Positions 27,798-37,589 of a DNA stretch of 64,000 nt are shown here, one piece after another. Where the stretch lies: assembly GCA_017466685.1 (NCBI GenBank), contig JAFTTS010000045.1, positions 19 to 64,018 of the forward strand. Reading direction: 5' to 3'. Made by a program: the position numbers and the translations under genes. The number at the start of each line of letters is the position of its first letter. Positions within the stretch are counted from its first letter, which is position 1. Below the pieces are notes generated by a model, which saw only the letters and a program-made list of their open reading frames with translations, made no database searches and was not told the origin of the DNA. Source of the DNA: Clostridia bacterium. GTDB lineage: Bacteria; Bacillota; Clostridia; Oscillospirales; CAG-272.

Positions 27798-30053
27798 TCA
27801 AAGCGAAGCCGGGTTAACGTCAACCGATATCGCCGCCTTTGCACTCGCCTTCGGAAAATCAGCCAAAAGCTTACCAATAAGCTCGCGCATACGCTTTGTA
27901 ACCTGACATTTTATTATAATTCTCATTCTGAAAACATTGTTAACTTTATATATCGGAGCTTCAAACGGTCCGAATATGTACATCGGCAGGTCAGAATATT
28001 CTCCCGACGTATATTCACGCAGCTTTGTGTCAAGCTTCAGTGTTAATTCAAGCACTTCCTTTTCATCTTCTCCGTGTACACCGAGCAACACAAACTCGCA
28101 AAACGGCGGAAACTGAAGCTGACGTCGAAGCTTTATCGCACTTGAATAAAAGCCGGTGTAATCCTGCTTCGTGGCAAGATTTATCGTTTCGTTGTCGGGC
28201 GAATAGGTCTGTATAACTGCCCTGCCCGGCTTGTCGGCACGTCCCGCTCTTCCGATAACCTGCGTTAAAAGCGCGAATGTACGCTCCGATGCACGAAAGT
28301 CGTCAAGATAGAGCGCACTGTCTGCATTGATAACGCCAACGAGCGTAACATCCGGGAAATTGTGTCCCTTTGTAACCATCTGCGTGCCGATCAGTATATC
28401 CGCTTCATGTGAACGGAACTGTGACAGTATCGCTTCATGCGAAAACTTAGCCGTCGTTGAATCCGCGTCAAGACGTAAGATTTTAGCCTCGGGAAACAAA
28501 GCGTGAAGCTCCTCGGCAACAAGCTGTGTACCAAAGCCCTTTCTTGACATATGCTCCGACTGGCATTTCGGGCAAATCTCCGGTACAGTCTGCGTATAGC
28601 CGCAGTAGTGACATTTTAAAATATCGCCGTCATATTCGCGGTGATAGGTAAGCGAAACCGAGCAATTCGGACAAGTCACGACCTCGCCGCATTTAAGACA
28701 GCTTATAAAATTATTATATCCGCGTCTGCTGACAAAAAGAATCGACTGCTCATTATTTTTAAGATTTTTCGAAAGCTCCTCGCGAAGCACGTCCCCGATG
28801 GGAGTTATCTGCCCCTTTGTCGAGTCAACGCGCAGGTCGGCAATCTTCACCTCGGGAAGCACTGCACTTCCGTAGCGTTCGTTCAACGTAACGAGGGTGT
28901 ATATCTCCTCTTTTGCGCGGTAAAACGATTCAAGCGACGGTGTTGCCGAAGCAAGCAGCATGAGTGCGTTATTCTTCGCCGCACGGTATCTTGCGATATC
29001 GCGTGTGTGATACTTCGGATTCATGTCCGATTTGTAGGTGTGCTCCTGCTCCTCATCGATAACGATCATACCGAGATTGTCAAGCGGAGCAAATATTGCC
29101 GAACGTGTACCGATAACAACGTCAACCTCATGTGCACGTATACGCTTCCACGTGTCAAGCTTCTCACCATCCGAAAGCGACGAATGTATCACCGCGACAC
29201 GCTCACCGAAAAATCCGCAGAAAAGATCAACCGTCTGCCCGGTCAGCGATATTTCGGGAACAAGCACGATAACCGAACGTCCGCCCTCGATAACGCTGTC
29301 AATAACCGACTTGATAACACGTGTCTTTCCGCTTCCGGTAACTCCGTAAAGCAAAGCCGCGCACGCCTTGTTTGACGTTGCAAGAGAAGAAAGCGTTTTG
29401 CGTGCCGCTTCCTGCTCATCGCTTAAAATGTTTGAGTCGGCAACCTTTCCGCGACCTCGGTACGGGTTTCGTATAACTTCACATTCGCGAACCGAGAGTA
29501 TACCCTTTACAACCATGTTTTTCAGCGTTGCATAGGAAACGCTCGCTTCTTTTGCAAGCTCGGATGCCGAACGCTCCCCGTCTGCGATAAATATAGCAGC
29601 ACGCTTCTCTGCAGCACCGAGTCTCGTCACCGATGTGTCGCAAGCAACGCGGTAATACCGTTCAACCGGATCACGTCTTGCGCGAAACAGTGAAGCATAA
29701 GCTCCGCCGGGAAGTATCGTTTGTACCGCCTCACCTGTTGAACAAAATGTACGCTCGCGAAGAAAATCGCAAAGACCGAGTAATTCCTCGGAAAGCGAAA
29801 ACCGTTCGTCTGCAACGGCAAGTATAGGCTTGAGCTTTTCATATTCGGACGAACCCAAAACAGCCGTAACGATCGCACTTCTGCGAACACCCGTACGCTG
29901 TGCACCGCCGAAGCTTACCGAAACGATCGAGCCACGCTTAACACGTCCCAAAAGCTCGCTTGGAATCAGATAGTCATAAACCTTATCGGCAGAATACGGC
30001 AGCTCAAGTATCCTCACCCTCGCAACAGAGAGCGGTACTGCCTCACAGGACAT
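27798..30053 (-). CDS. priA: Primosomal protein N'
   Basis: GVTGSGKT, DEEQE, SATPS, four CxxC pairs, GTQMVTKG, QVIGRAGR. Confidence 0.95.
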   Translation of the reverse strand: MSCEAVPLSVARVRILELPYSADKVYDYLIPSELLGRVKRGSIVSVSFGGAQRTGVRRSAIVTAVLGSSEYEKLKPILAVADERFSLSEELLGLCDFLRERTFCSTGEAVQTILPGGAYASLFRARRDPVERYYRVACDTSVTRLGAAEKRAAIFIADGERSASELAKEASVSYATLKNMVVKGILSVRECEVIRNPYRGRGKVADSNILSDEQEAARKTLSSLATSNKACAALLYGVTGSGKTRVIKSVIDSVIEGGRSVIVLVPEISLTGQTVDLFCGFFGERVAVIHSSLSDGEKLDTWKRIRAHEVDVVIGTRSAIFAPLDNLGMIVIDEEQEHTYKSDMNPKYHTRDIARYRAAKNNALMLLASATPSLESFYRAKEEIYTLVTLNERYGSAVLPEVKIADLRVDSTKGQITPIGDVLREELSKNLKNNEQSILFVSRRGYNNFISCLKCGEVVTCPNCSVSLTYHREYDGDILKCHYCGYTQTVPEICPKCQSEHMSRKGFGTQLVAEELHALFPEAKILRLDADSTTAKFSHEAILSQFRSHEADILIGTQMVTKGHNFPDVTLVGVINADSALYLDDFRASERTFALLTQVIGRAGRADKPGRAVIQTYSPDNETINLATKQDYTGFYSSAIKLRRQLQFPPFCEFVLLGVHGEDEKEVLELTLKLDTKLREYTSGEYSDLPMYIFGPFEAPIYKVNNVFRMRIIIKCQVTKRMRELIGKLLADFPKASAKAAISVDVNPASL

Positions 30054-30337
30054 CAGTTCTGTCCCTTTAAGTCGATGCTGTCCTCGTTGATGACATATTC
30101 GCCCTGATGAATACGGTTGATTGCATTTTTAACCGCCTTTTCATCGCGGATCTCGCGCTTGATCATCGAAGCCAAGGACTTGTCTGTTTCCTTGTTGGCA
30201 ATAAGCTTCTCTGCCTGCTCGCGCTGGTGAACGTACTCATCTGTAACGAGTCTTGCACACTTTGCGGTTGCGATGCAAAGCATATAGCGATTGAATTTGC
30301 CGTTTTTGCTGAGTTCTTCAACTGAAGGATAAATCAT
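30053..30337 (-). CDS. rpoZ: RNA polymerase omega subunit
   Basis: MIYPSVEEL..NRYMLCIATAKCAR..KAVKNAIN. Lies downstream of gmk. Confidence 0.82.
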   Translation of the reverse strand: MIYPSVEELSKNGKFNRYMLCIATAKCARLVTDEYVHQREQAEKLIANKETDKSLASMIKREIRDEKAVKNAINRIHQGEYVINEDSIDLKGQN

Positions 30338-30364
30338 GATAATACCTCTTTCTTTATGCCGTTA

Positions 30365-30994
30365 TTATTCGGCGAAAAATTTCTTTGTAAATTCGTTGGC
30401 ACGCGATACGCGGCTCTTTTCTGCAATAACTATGTCCATGATCCTATGTACAGCATCATCGATCATATTTTCACCGTTTATGACGATGTAATCATATTCG
30501 CCGAGCTTTGAAAGCTCCACCTTCGCGGTTTCAAGACGACGCCTTATAACATCCTCAGTGACATTGTCTCCGCGACCTCTGAGTCTTGCTTCGAGCGTTT
30601 TGAAATCGGGCGGAGTTATCATAATCAGCACCGCCTCGGGACACTTCTGTTTGATCTGCATTGAACCGGCAACCTCGATCTCCAGAATGACGTTATGTCC
30701 TGCCGCAAGATTTTCGTTAACCTCTTTTTTCGGTGTACCGTAATAGTTACCGCAGTACTCCGCGTGCTCAAGCATCATGTCGTCTGCAATACGTGCTTCA
30801 AAATCCTCACGGTCGATGAAATAATAATTGACACCGTTTCGCTCGCCTATACGGGGTGCACGTGTTGTTGCGGAAACGGAATAAATGAAGCTGTCGTCAA
30901 GCTCAAGCAGTCGTTTGATGAGCGTACCCTTTCCGCTTCCCGAAGGACCTGATATAACAAGCAGCAAGCCTTTTTTCATGTTCTCCATAGTCAT
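30365..30994 (-). CDS. gmk: Guanylate kinase
   Basis: [30 protein letters not shown]. Alternative start at 30988. Confidence 0.96.
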   Translation of the reverse strand: MTMENMKKGLLLVISGPSGSGKGTLIKRLLELDDSFIYSVSATTRAPRIGERNGVNYYFIDREDFEARIADDMMLEHAEYCGNYYGTPKKEVNENLAAGHNVILEIEVAGSMQIKQKCPEAVLIMITPPDFKTLEARLRGRGDNVTEDVIRRRLETAKVELSKLGEYDYIVINGENMIDDAVHRIMDIVIAEKSRVSRANEFTKKFFAE

Positions 30995-31272
30995 CCCTCT
31001 CCTGTCTCCTCGGGCTCCTCATCGTCCTCACCCTCGTCACGGTCAGACAGACGGTTTGAGATGGTTTCCGATTGGAACGCCGATAAAATTACGTGTTCAC
31101 TGTCCGTTATAATAACAGCACGTGTACGCTTGCCGCAGGTTACGTCAATGGCACGTCCGCTGTCCTTTGCATCCTGGATAAGACGCTTGATCGGTGCACT
31201 GTCGGGGCTTACCACCGCAACAACACGCTCGGCGGCAACCATGTTTCCGAATCCAATATTAATAAATTTCAT
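30991..31272 (-). CDS. remA: RemA/DUF370 regulator
   Basis: [34 protein letters not shown]. Confidence 0.92.
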   Translation of the reverse strand: MKFINIGFGNMVAAERVVAVVSPDSAPIKRLIQDAKDSGRAIDVTCGKRTRAVIITDSEHVILSAFQSETISNRLSDRDEGEDDEEPEETGEG

Positions 31273-31286
31273 GGAAATCCACCTCT

Positions 31287-32180
31287 TTACTCGATATTCT
31301 GTATCTGCTCGCGTATCTTTTCAAGCTCACTCTTGATTTCAACAACAATAGCGGCTATCTCAACATTGCTTGCCTTTGAACCGATAGTGTTTGTCTCACG
31401 GTTCATCTCCTGCATGAGGAAGTCAAGCTTACGTCCGACCGGCTCATTCGATGTGAAGATCTCACGCATCGCCGTAAAGTGACAGCCGAGTCTTACCAGC
31501 TCCTCGTCAATTGCAACGCGGTCTGCATAAATGGCACATTCTGTAAGTACCATGTTCGGGTTAAGCTCAACGGCGTTATCGGCGAGTATCGTTTTGAGAC
31601 GGGTTTCGAATTTGGTTTTGTAAGCGGCAATGTCGTCCTCGGAATATTCCTTGATCTTCGCCGTAAGCGATTCGATTTTTTCAAGCTTTTCAAGTATATC
31701 CGCCTTAAGACGCTCACCCTCTGCTTCACGCACACGTATAAACGCCGCGATTGCCTCATCAAGTACAGGCTGTATCGTCAGCCAGTCACGCTCGGCATCC
31801 TCATCGGGCTTGGTGATGTTAAAGATGTCACGGTTCTGTGCAACGGACATAACCGAAATGTCGTCCTTAAGTCCAAACTCATCTCTGAGCGTATACAGTG
31901 CGTCAATGTAACTTTTGGCAAGAGCACGGTCAATGTCAACCGTCATACCGACATTTTCGACCACCTCAACGCCGACATATACATCAAGCTTTCCGCGGGA
32001 GATACCCTTCTGCTGAACATACTGACGTACTCTGTCCTCAAGGAAGCTGTACATTCTCGAAATCTTAACCGTACAGTCAAGATAACGGTTGTTTACGCTT
32101 TTTAATTCAACTGTGATATTTTTGCCGTTCGACGTGTCTGCCGAGGTTGCTCTGCCGAAGGCTGTCATACTCCGTATCAT
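31287..32180 (-). CDS. yloC: YicC/YloC-family endoribonuclease
   Basis: [50 protein letters not shown]. Confidence 0.94.
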   Translation of the reverse strand: MIRSMTAFGRATSADTSNGKNITVELKSVNNRYLDCTVKISRMYSFLEDRVRQYVQQKGISRGKLDVYVGVEVVENVGMTVDIDRALAKSYIDALYTLRDEFGLKDDISVMSVAQNRDIFNITKPDEDAERDWLTIQPVLDEAIAAFIRVREAEGERLKADILEKLEKIESLTAKIKEYSEDDIAAYKTKFETRLKTILADNAVELNPNMVLTECAIYADRVAIDEELVRLGCHFTAMREIFTSNEPVGRKLDFLMQEMNRETNTIGSKASNVEIAAIVVEIKSELEKIREQIQNIE

Positions 32181-32675
32181 GTTATGTGTTCCTTTCAATA
32201 AATAAGGGCATATATATTTATTATACCTCATTTGAAACGATTTGTCAACCGAAAATGCAGATAAATCCTCATTTTTTTGCTTGTTAATTATAAGTTTTCA
32301 AACTTACTCGGAAATAAAAATCGACACCCTTGAAAATAATCGACCGCATCCCTGTCAGTCGGAGCACAAATTCACCCTGCAGTTGAATTTTCTTCATTTT
32401 TTTGAATGGTGAAAATCCTGCACTAAAAATCGGTTAACTTTTGGGGCTTTATAAAAAACATACTTGACAAAGCACGTTGTATTGTGATATACTTAAATTG
32501 TAGCCGTTTATCTGAGAAAATATAAAAATTTTGCAAACACAAGAGTTGCCTTAACAAACAGCGTTAATTATTTCCTTTTTTTGAATGGTCTTTCCGGCAG
32601 ATGCCGAATATTCCCGATTTCCGGGAGAAAGGAAAAGTACCGTGTGCGGATAATACACACCGTACCGCTAATTCG

Positions 32676-33554
32676 ATGAAAAAGAATCATTTCTCGTCTG
32701 AATTTATGTCTTATCGGGATAATATCTTTTTTCGTATTCATTCGTTCGAGCTTGAAATATCTCAAAACGAGCGAGTGGATTATCCCGAGGTTCACGCTCA
32801 TCACTATGACGAAATTCATTATATCTTCAGCGGCACCACTACGCTCATGCTCGAAGGAAACAAGCCTGATGTCGTTCTGAGTGAGGGAGATTTTTGTCTT
32901 GTTCCTGCCGGAGTATATCACTGCCGTCTTTCAAACGAGGTCAGCCATGTGATCTTCGCCGTTGAAATAGAATCGGGAAAATCGCAGAAAAAGGGTGACA
33001 GCGAAGCATATCATAAGCTGCGTGCCATACTCGACGCAAAGGGCGTTCCGTTTGTTTTCAACGATCCGAATATCACAGACGCGATGCTTCAGTACCAAAA
33101 GCTGAGATACAAGGATTCTCTATTAAAAGAGACACAGCTCGCAACAGTTTTAATGAATGCTATACTTTACGCATTGAACCTGCTCCGTGAAAGCGACATC
33201 CCCGTTGACGCAGATACACTTCCCAAGCCGACAAGCGAGCTCACCGACAAACGCAGAATTATCATCGAAAACCACATTGATGATTTCTTCAACAGCAATG
33301 ACGGCCTCAAAACTCTTGCAGCAAAGCTCTATTTATCAGAACGACGTACAAGTGAGATCGTACGCGAAATAATGGGAGAGAGCTTCAAGGATCTTGTCAT
33401 CAAGGAGCGTATGACGGTTGCAAGCATATTGATAAAATGCAAAAAATATTCACTTGAGAAGATCGCGGACATGGTCGGCTACCACTCATACAGCGGCTTC
33501 TACACAGCATACAGAAGCTTTTTCGGTCATCCGCCGACAGATGATGTTGTTTGA
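32676..33554 (+). CDS. AraC-family regulator with cupin sensor domain
   Basis: HAHHYDEIHYI..G..LVPAGVYH and a C-terminal HTH (IADMVGYHSYSGFYTAYRSFFG). Start is uncertain (32601, 32676 or 32706). Confidence 0.85.
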   Translation: MKKNHFSSEFMSYRDNIFFRIHSFELEISQNERVDYPEVHAHHYDEIHYIFSGTTTLMLEGNKPDVVLSEGDFCLVPAGVYHCRLSNEVSHVIFAVEIESGKSQKKGDSEAYHKLRAILDAKGVPFVFNDPNITDAMLQYQKLRYKDSLLKETQLATVLMNAILYALNLLRESDIPVDADTLPKPTSELTDKRRIIIENHIDDFFNSNDGLKTLAAKLYLSERRTSEIVREIMGESFKDLVIKERMTVASILIKCKKYSLEKIADMVGYHSYSGFYTAYRSFFGHPPTDDVV

Positions 33555-33609
33555 TTGTCAAAATCCGCACCCGATTATAAAAACTAAATAAATTTGTGCA
33601 AAACACACC

Positions 33610-33638
33610 TTGACAAAGGCTTGCCGTGATGTTATAAT
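33610..33638 (+). promoter_or_regulatory. Sigma-A promoter of panT-coaX
   Basis: TTGACA, 17-nt spacer, TGtTATAAT. Confidence 0.8.
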
Positions 33639-33645
33639 GTAAGCA

Positions 33646-33720
33646 TCCGACGAGCTTTTTTGTCTTATCGGAAATAAATTTTTGCGCTGTATCATGCCAA
33701 GCGTGAACGGCAGCAGGAGG
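33646..33720 (+). ncRNA. pan-motif-like cis-regulatory RNA leader
   Basis: Hairpin 33683-33715 with bulged A33691 on the 5' side and bulged A33712 on the 3' side. Its base extends into the AGGAGG RBS. A preceding hairpin TCCGA..TCGGA spans 33646-33672. It lies upstream of pantothenate genes. Confidence 0.62.
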
Positions 33721-33725
33721 AAATT

Positions 33726-34331
33726 ATGAATAATCGCACAAACTCTCACGAAAAGATCCGAAGAATGTCTATGTATGCCTTGCTGGCAGCGGTTGTTGTT
33801 GTATTGCAGTTATTGTCAACCTACATCAAATTCGGAACAGTCGAAATTACACTTGCTCTCACGCCCATCATTGTCGGTGCAGCTATTTACGGTTGGAAAT
33901 GCGGAGCTTTCCTTGGCTTTGTTATGAGCGCCGTTATATTTATCATGGGCGTTTCCGCAGGTGGTGCAATGATTCCGATGGTACAGTATAATCTACCGGC
34001 TTCCATAATTGTTTGTTTCGGAAAAGGCATAGCGGCAGGTGCTGTTGCCGGTATCGTTTACAAGGTAATAAGCAAAAAATCTCCCGTTCTTGCGGCTTTT
34101 TCAGCAAGCGCACTCACACCTATTGTCAATACCGGTATCTATATTATCGGCATGATCACAATTTTTAATGGTTATCTCACACAGGGCTCCACAGAATCTT
34201 CTCCCATTCTTTCATTCATCCTTTTGGTTTTGTCGATAAACTTCTTTATAGAGCTCGCTGTCAATCTGGTATTAGCCACAGTCATCACTCGTGTTGTTGA
34301 TTATTACAACGCAAAATTAAAGAAGCAATGA
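33726..34331 (+). CDS. ECF transporter S component, probably pantothenate-specific (PanT-like)
   Basis: About six TM helices with ITLALTPIIVGAAIYG and PIVNTG motifs. ATGA-coupled to coaX. Confidence 0.78.
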   Translation: MNNRTNSHEKIRRMSMYALLAAVVVVLQLLSTYIKFGTVEITLALTPIIVGAAIYGWKCGAFLGFVMSAVIFIMGVSAGGAMIPMVQYNLPASIIVCFGKGIAAGAVAGIVYKVISKKSPVLAAFSASALTPIVNTGIYIIGMITIFNGYLTQGSTESSPILSFILLVLSINFFIELAVNLVLATVITRVVDYYNAKLKKQ

Positions 34332-35107
34332 TTCTTACATATAACATCGCAAATGACGAAATAACGCTCGGCTTTATCGAGGACGACGTGCTTGTTGACA
34401 CCGTCCGCGTTTCTGCCGATATAAAGCGTACCTCGGACGAATACGCCTGTATTTTCGGCGGACTCATGGAGCTTCACAAAATAAAGCCGGACCTCCTTGA
34501 CGGCGCAATCGGTTCATCCGTTGTACCAACGCTTACCGAAACCGTACGTGCCGCACTCGAAGCGGTCATCGGTGTCCGTCCACACATACTCGGCGTCGGA
34601 ACAAAAACAGGACTCAACATCTTAACCGACGATCCCTCGCAGCTCGGCGCAGATCTTGTTGCATCCGCAGTCGGAGCACTGAAAAAATATGAATCCCCGA
34701 TGATACTTGTCGATTTCGGTACGGCAACAACATTTTCCGTGCTTGATAAAAACGGCTCATTCATCGGCTGTGCAATAGCTCCGGGACTTTCCCTTTCCGC
34801 AGAAGCACTCAGCAGCGGTGCAAGCTTACTTCCGCATTTCGCGCAGTCCACGCCGAAAAAATGCATTGGAACGAACACGCTTGAAAGTATGCAAAGCGGC
34901 TGTATTTTCGGTAGTGCCGCAATGATAGACGGTATGATCGAGCGTATCGAAGCCGAGCTTGGAATGAACACGAAAATCATCGCATCGGGCAAAAATGCCG
35001 CGGCGGTAACATCCCTTTGCAAGCGTGATATCGTCTGTGATGACACGATGCTTCTGCTCGGTCTTGCGGAGATTTACCGAAAGAATCAGCGAAAAAAGAA
35101 ACAGTAA
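34328..35107 (+). CDS. coaX: Type III pantothenate kinase
   Basis: SSVVP, LGADL, VDFGTATTF, IGTNTLESMQSG. The N-terminal DxGNT motif is divergent (NIAND). Confidence 0.9.
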   Translation: MILTYNIANDEITLGFIEDDVLVDTVRVSADIKRTSDEYACIFGGLMELHKIKPDLLDGAIGSSVVPTLTETVRAALEAVIGVRPHILGVGTKTGLNILTDDPSQLGADLVASAVGALKKYESPMILVDFGTATTFSVLDKNGSFIGCAIAPGLSLSAEALSSGASLLPHFAQSTPKKCIGTNTLESMQSGCIFGSAAMIDGMIERIEAELGMNTKIIASGKNAAAVTSLCKRDIVCDDTMLLLGLAEIYRKNQRKKKQ

Positions 35108-35125
35108 AATACACATAAACAAAAA

Positions 35126-35167
35126 AGGTTGTATGTACCAAAAGCGATACATACAGCCTGTTTTTTT
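35126..35167. terminator. Bidirectional intrinsic terminator
   Basis: AGGTTGTATGTA / TACATACAGCCT stem with A6 and T7 flanks. Confidence 0.8.
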
Positions 35168-37391
35168 ATTTAGCGATAAAATGCCATACGCGGCTCTCGC
35201 CGTCACTCCACTTGCCACCGTTTGCACCGGCGATTCCGAGATTGAGTCCTGCATTCATAAGAAGCGCACCCGAATATTCACGTCCCGTTTCGGTGTCAAC
35301 ATATATCTTCTCGGGATCAAGTCCGCAGAGTCGAATGTAACGCGAAACAGCCACGGCGGTACGGATAACAACATACGTCAGAAGCACCTCGTTCTTGTCC
35401 TGCGATACCGATTCCCATGCGGATGCCGATATCATCGTTCCCTTGCTTTCGGTGGGATTGATGAGACGGTAATAATCACCGTTCTGAATAACGTCATAAT
35501 ACTTATGATAAGCCGCAACCTGTTCGCGTACAAGTGCACGTTCCTCATCGGTCAGCTTTGTCAGATCAAGCTCATAACCGAACGAGCCCGACATTGCAAC
35601 GTCGCCGCGTGTTTTAAAGGGTGTTTCTCTGCCCGTCTGGTGGTTGGGAGAAGCGGATACGTGTGCGCTCATTGCCGACGGCGGATATACGATAGACGTA
35701 CCGTATTGTATTTCAAGACGCTCCATCGCATCCGTGTCATCACTAGTCCAGATCTGCGGACTGTAATAAAGCATACCGGGGTCAAAACGTCCGCCGCCAC
35801 CTGCACAGTTTTCAAGAAGGAGATGCGGGAACTTATTAATAAGGCGCTCCATCAGCTCGTATACGCCGAGCACGTAACGGTGGAATACTTCCTTCTGTCT
35901 TTCGGGAGGAAGAAGCGCACTGCCAACCTCGGTAAGATTACGGTTGAAGTCCCATTTTACATATTCAATATTTGCACTGCCGAGCACCTTGCACATCTGT
36001 TCAAATATATTGTCGCGAACGTCCTGTCTTGTCATATCAAGCACATACTGCGAACGTCCGATGGACATTTCTCTGCCCTCAACCTTGAGACACCAATCGG
36101 GATGATCCCTGTAAAGCTGACTATCGGGACAGATCATTTCCGGCTCAAACCAGATACCAAACTTGAGTCCCACGGCGTTAACACGGTCAACAAGAGATTT
36201 TATACCGCCGCGAAGCTTATTTTCGTTTACATACCAGTCACCGAGCGCACAGTCATCGGTGTTTCGCGTACCAAACCAGCCGTCGTCCATAACGAGCATC
36301 TCTATTCCGAGCTTTGCGGCTTCCTCTGCGATTGCAACAAGCTTATCGTCGTTAAAATCGCAGTAAGTTGCTTCCCAGTTATTGATGATGATCGGACGCT
36401 TTGCACACTTCCAGTCACCGCGGCAGAGATTGTAACGGTAAAGCTTATGATATGTACGGCTCATTGCACCGACACCGCCGTTTGAATATACCATTACCAC
36501 CTCGGGAGAGCTGAACTCCTCACCGGGTTCAAGATGCCAACCGAAGGTTTCGGGATTGATACCCATAAGTACACGCGAGGTACGGAAGAAATCAACCTCG
36601 ATCTCGACGGCAAAGTTACTCGAATAGACGAGCGAGAAGCCGTAAACCTCACCGCTTTCCTCGGTGTAACCGTCACGTGCAAGTGCAACGAACGGATTGT
36701 TATGATGGCTCGATGTTCCGCGCTTTGAATGTATACCCTGCAGACCAAACTCAAGATGACGCTTGACAAGTGTTCTCTCCTTTGCCCAGCGTCCCTGGAG
36801 ATGAAGCATTTCAAAATCCATATCGGGCAGGTCAACCGTCGTCGAGTGTATACGCTCAATCTCAAATGCACTGTCCGATGTGTTCTTAACGCGGACACTT
36901 CTCGTTATCGCATCGAGATTGTTAAATGCTGTGTAAACAAGCGTAACCTCTGCTCCAGTGAGACAATCGGTGCAGACGACCTCAAGCGTATCTGCCTCGT
37001 CGTCGGTGTTTACATAGGTTGCAGGCAGTCCCTTGATACCGGGCTTGCCCTTGTATATTTTATGTGATTTGTAACGGATATCCGTCGCATTACAGCCGCT
37101 TTTACCGCGGATGGAAAGTGCGGAAATACGCATATCGCCGGCACCCTCACAGGGATATTCAAGTCTTGCTGTGTCAAGCGACATATACCCCTCAACATCC
37201 TCATGAGCGGTAAGTGCACTCGTTGTCGATGCTCTTATGTACTGACGCAGGTAGTCAAGATCCGCATCGGGTACGTATGCACCGTAATAGAGATGCAGCA
37301 GAAATCCCATCGGACTTATTTTAAAAGCATACGTCGAATTCGGTGTATCAAGCTTGAAAACTTTAAGCTGTTCGTTGTAAATAATAGACAT
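35166..37391 (-). CDS. Alpha-galactosidase, glycoside hydrolase family 36
   Basis: NNWEATY, MDDGWFG, FGIWFEPEM, YVKWDFNR, CAGGGGRFD, WTSDDTDA. Confidence 0.95.
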   Translation of the reverse strand: MSIIYNEQLKVFKLDTPNSTYAFKISPMGFLLHLYYGAYVPDADLDYLRQYIRASTTSALTAHEDVEGYMSLDTARLEYPCEGAGDMRISALSIRGKSGCNATDIRYKSHKIYKGKPGIKGLPATYVNTDDEADTLEVVCTDCLTGAEVTLVYTAFNNLDAITRSVRVKNTSDSAFEIERIHSTTVDLPDMDFEMLHLQGRWAKERTLVKRHLEFGLQGIHSKRGTSSHHNNPFVALARDGYTEESGEVYGFSLVYSSNFAVEIEVDFFRTSRVLMGINPETFGWHLEPGEEFSSPEVVMVYSNGGVGAMSRTYHKLYRYNLCRGDWKCAKRPIIINNWEATYCDFNDDKLVAIAEEAAKLGIEMLVMDDGWFGTRNTDDCALGDWYVNENKLRGGIKSLVDRVNAVGLKFGIWFEPEMICPDSQLYRDHPDWCLKVEGREMSIGRSQYVLDMTRQDVRDNIFEQMCKVLGSANIEYVKWDFNRNLTEVGSALLPPERQKEVFHRYVLGVYELMERLINKFPHLLLENCAGGGGRFDPGMLYYSPQIWTSDDTDAMERLEIQYGTSIVYPPSAMSAHVSASPNHQTGRETPFKTRGDVAMSGSFGYELDLTKLTDEERALVREQVAAYHKYYDVIQNGDYYRLINPTESKGTMISASAWESVSQDKNEVLLTYVVIRTAVAVSRYIRLCGLDPEKIYVDTETGREYSGALLMNAGLNLGIAGANGGKWSDGESRVWHFIAK

Positions 37392-37519
37392 ATTCTTCTC
37401 CTTATGTAGGCCATTTCTTCAATAACAACATTATAACAATTCCTCACGTTAAAGTCAAGTAAAATTTGCAATTTTCTTAACGATCTGACAATTATTAAGA
37501 TTTATACATAAAATTACGC

Positions 37520-37548
37520 TTGATTTATATCTCATTTACTGTTATAAT
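37520..37548 (+). promoter_or_regulatory. Sigma-A promoter of the S8 pair
   Basis: TTGATT, 17-nt spacer, TGtTATAAT. Confidence 0.6.
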
Positions 37549-37589
37549 AGTTTATATTATCATTTTTTGCCTTAATGAAAGGAAACCTT

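Noticed and set aside
35025-36485. 486-aa plus-strand ORF
   Set aside because: It is the antisense shadow of the GH36 gene, with no recognisable motifs, and it crosses a terminator.
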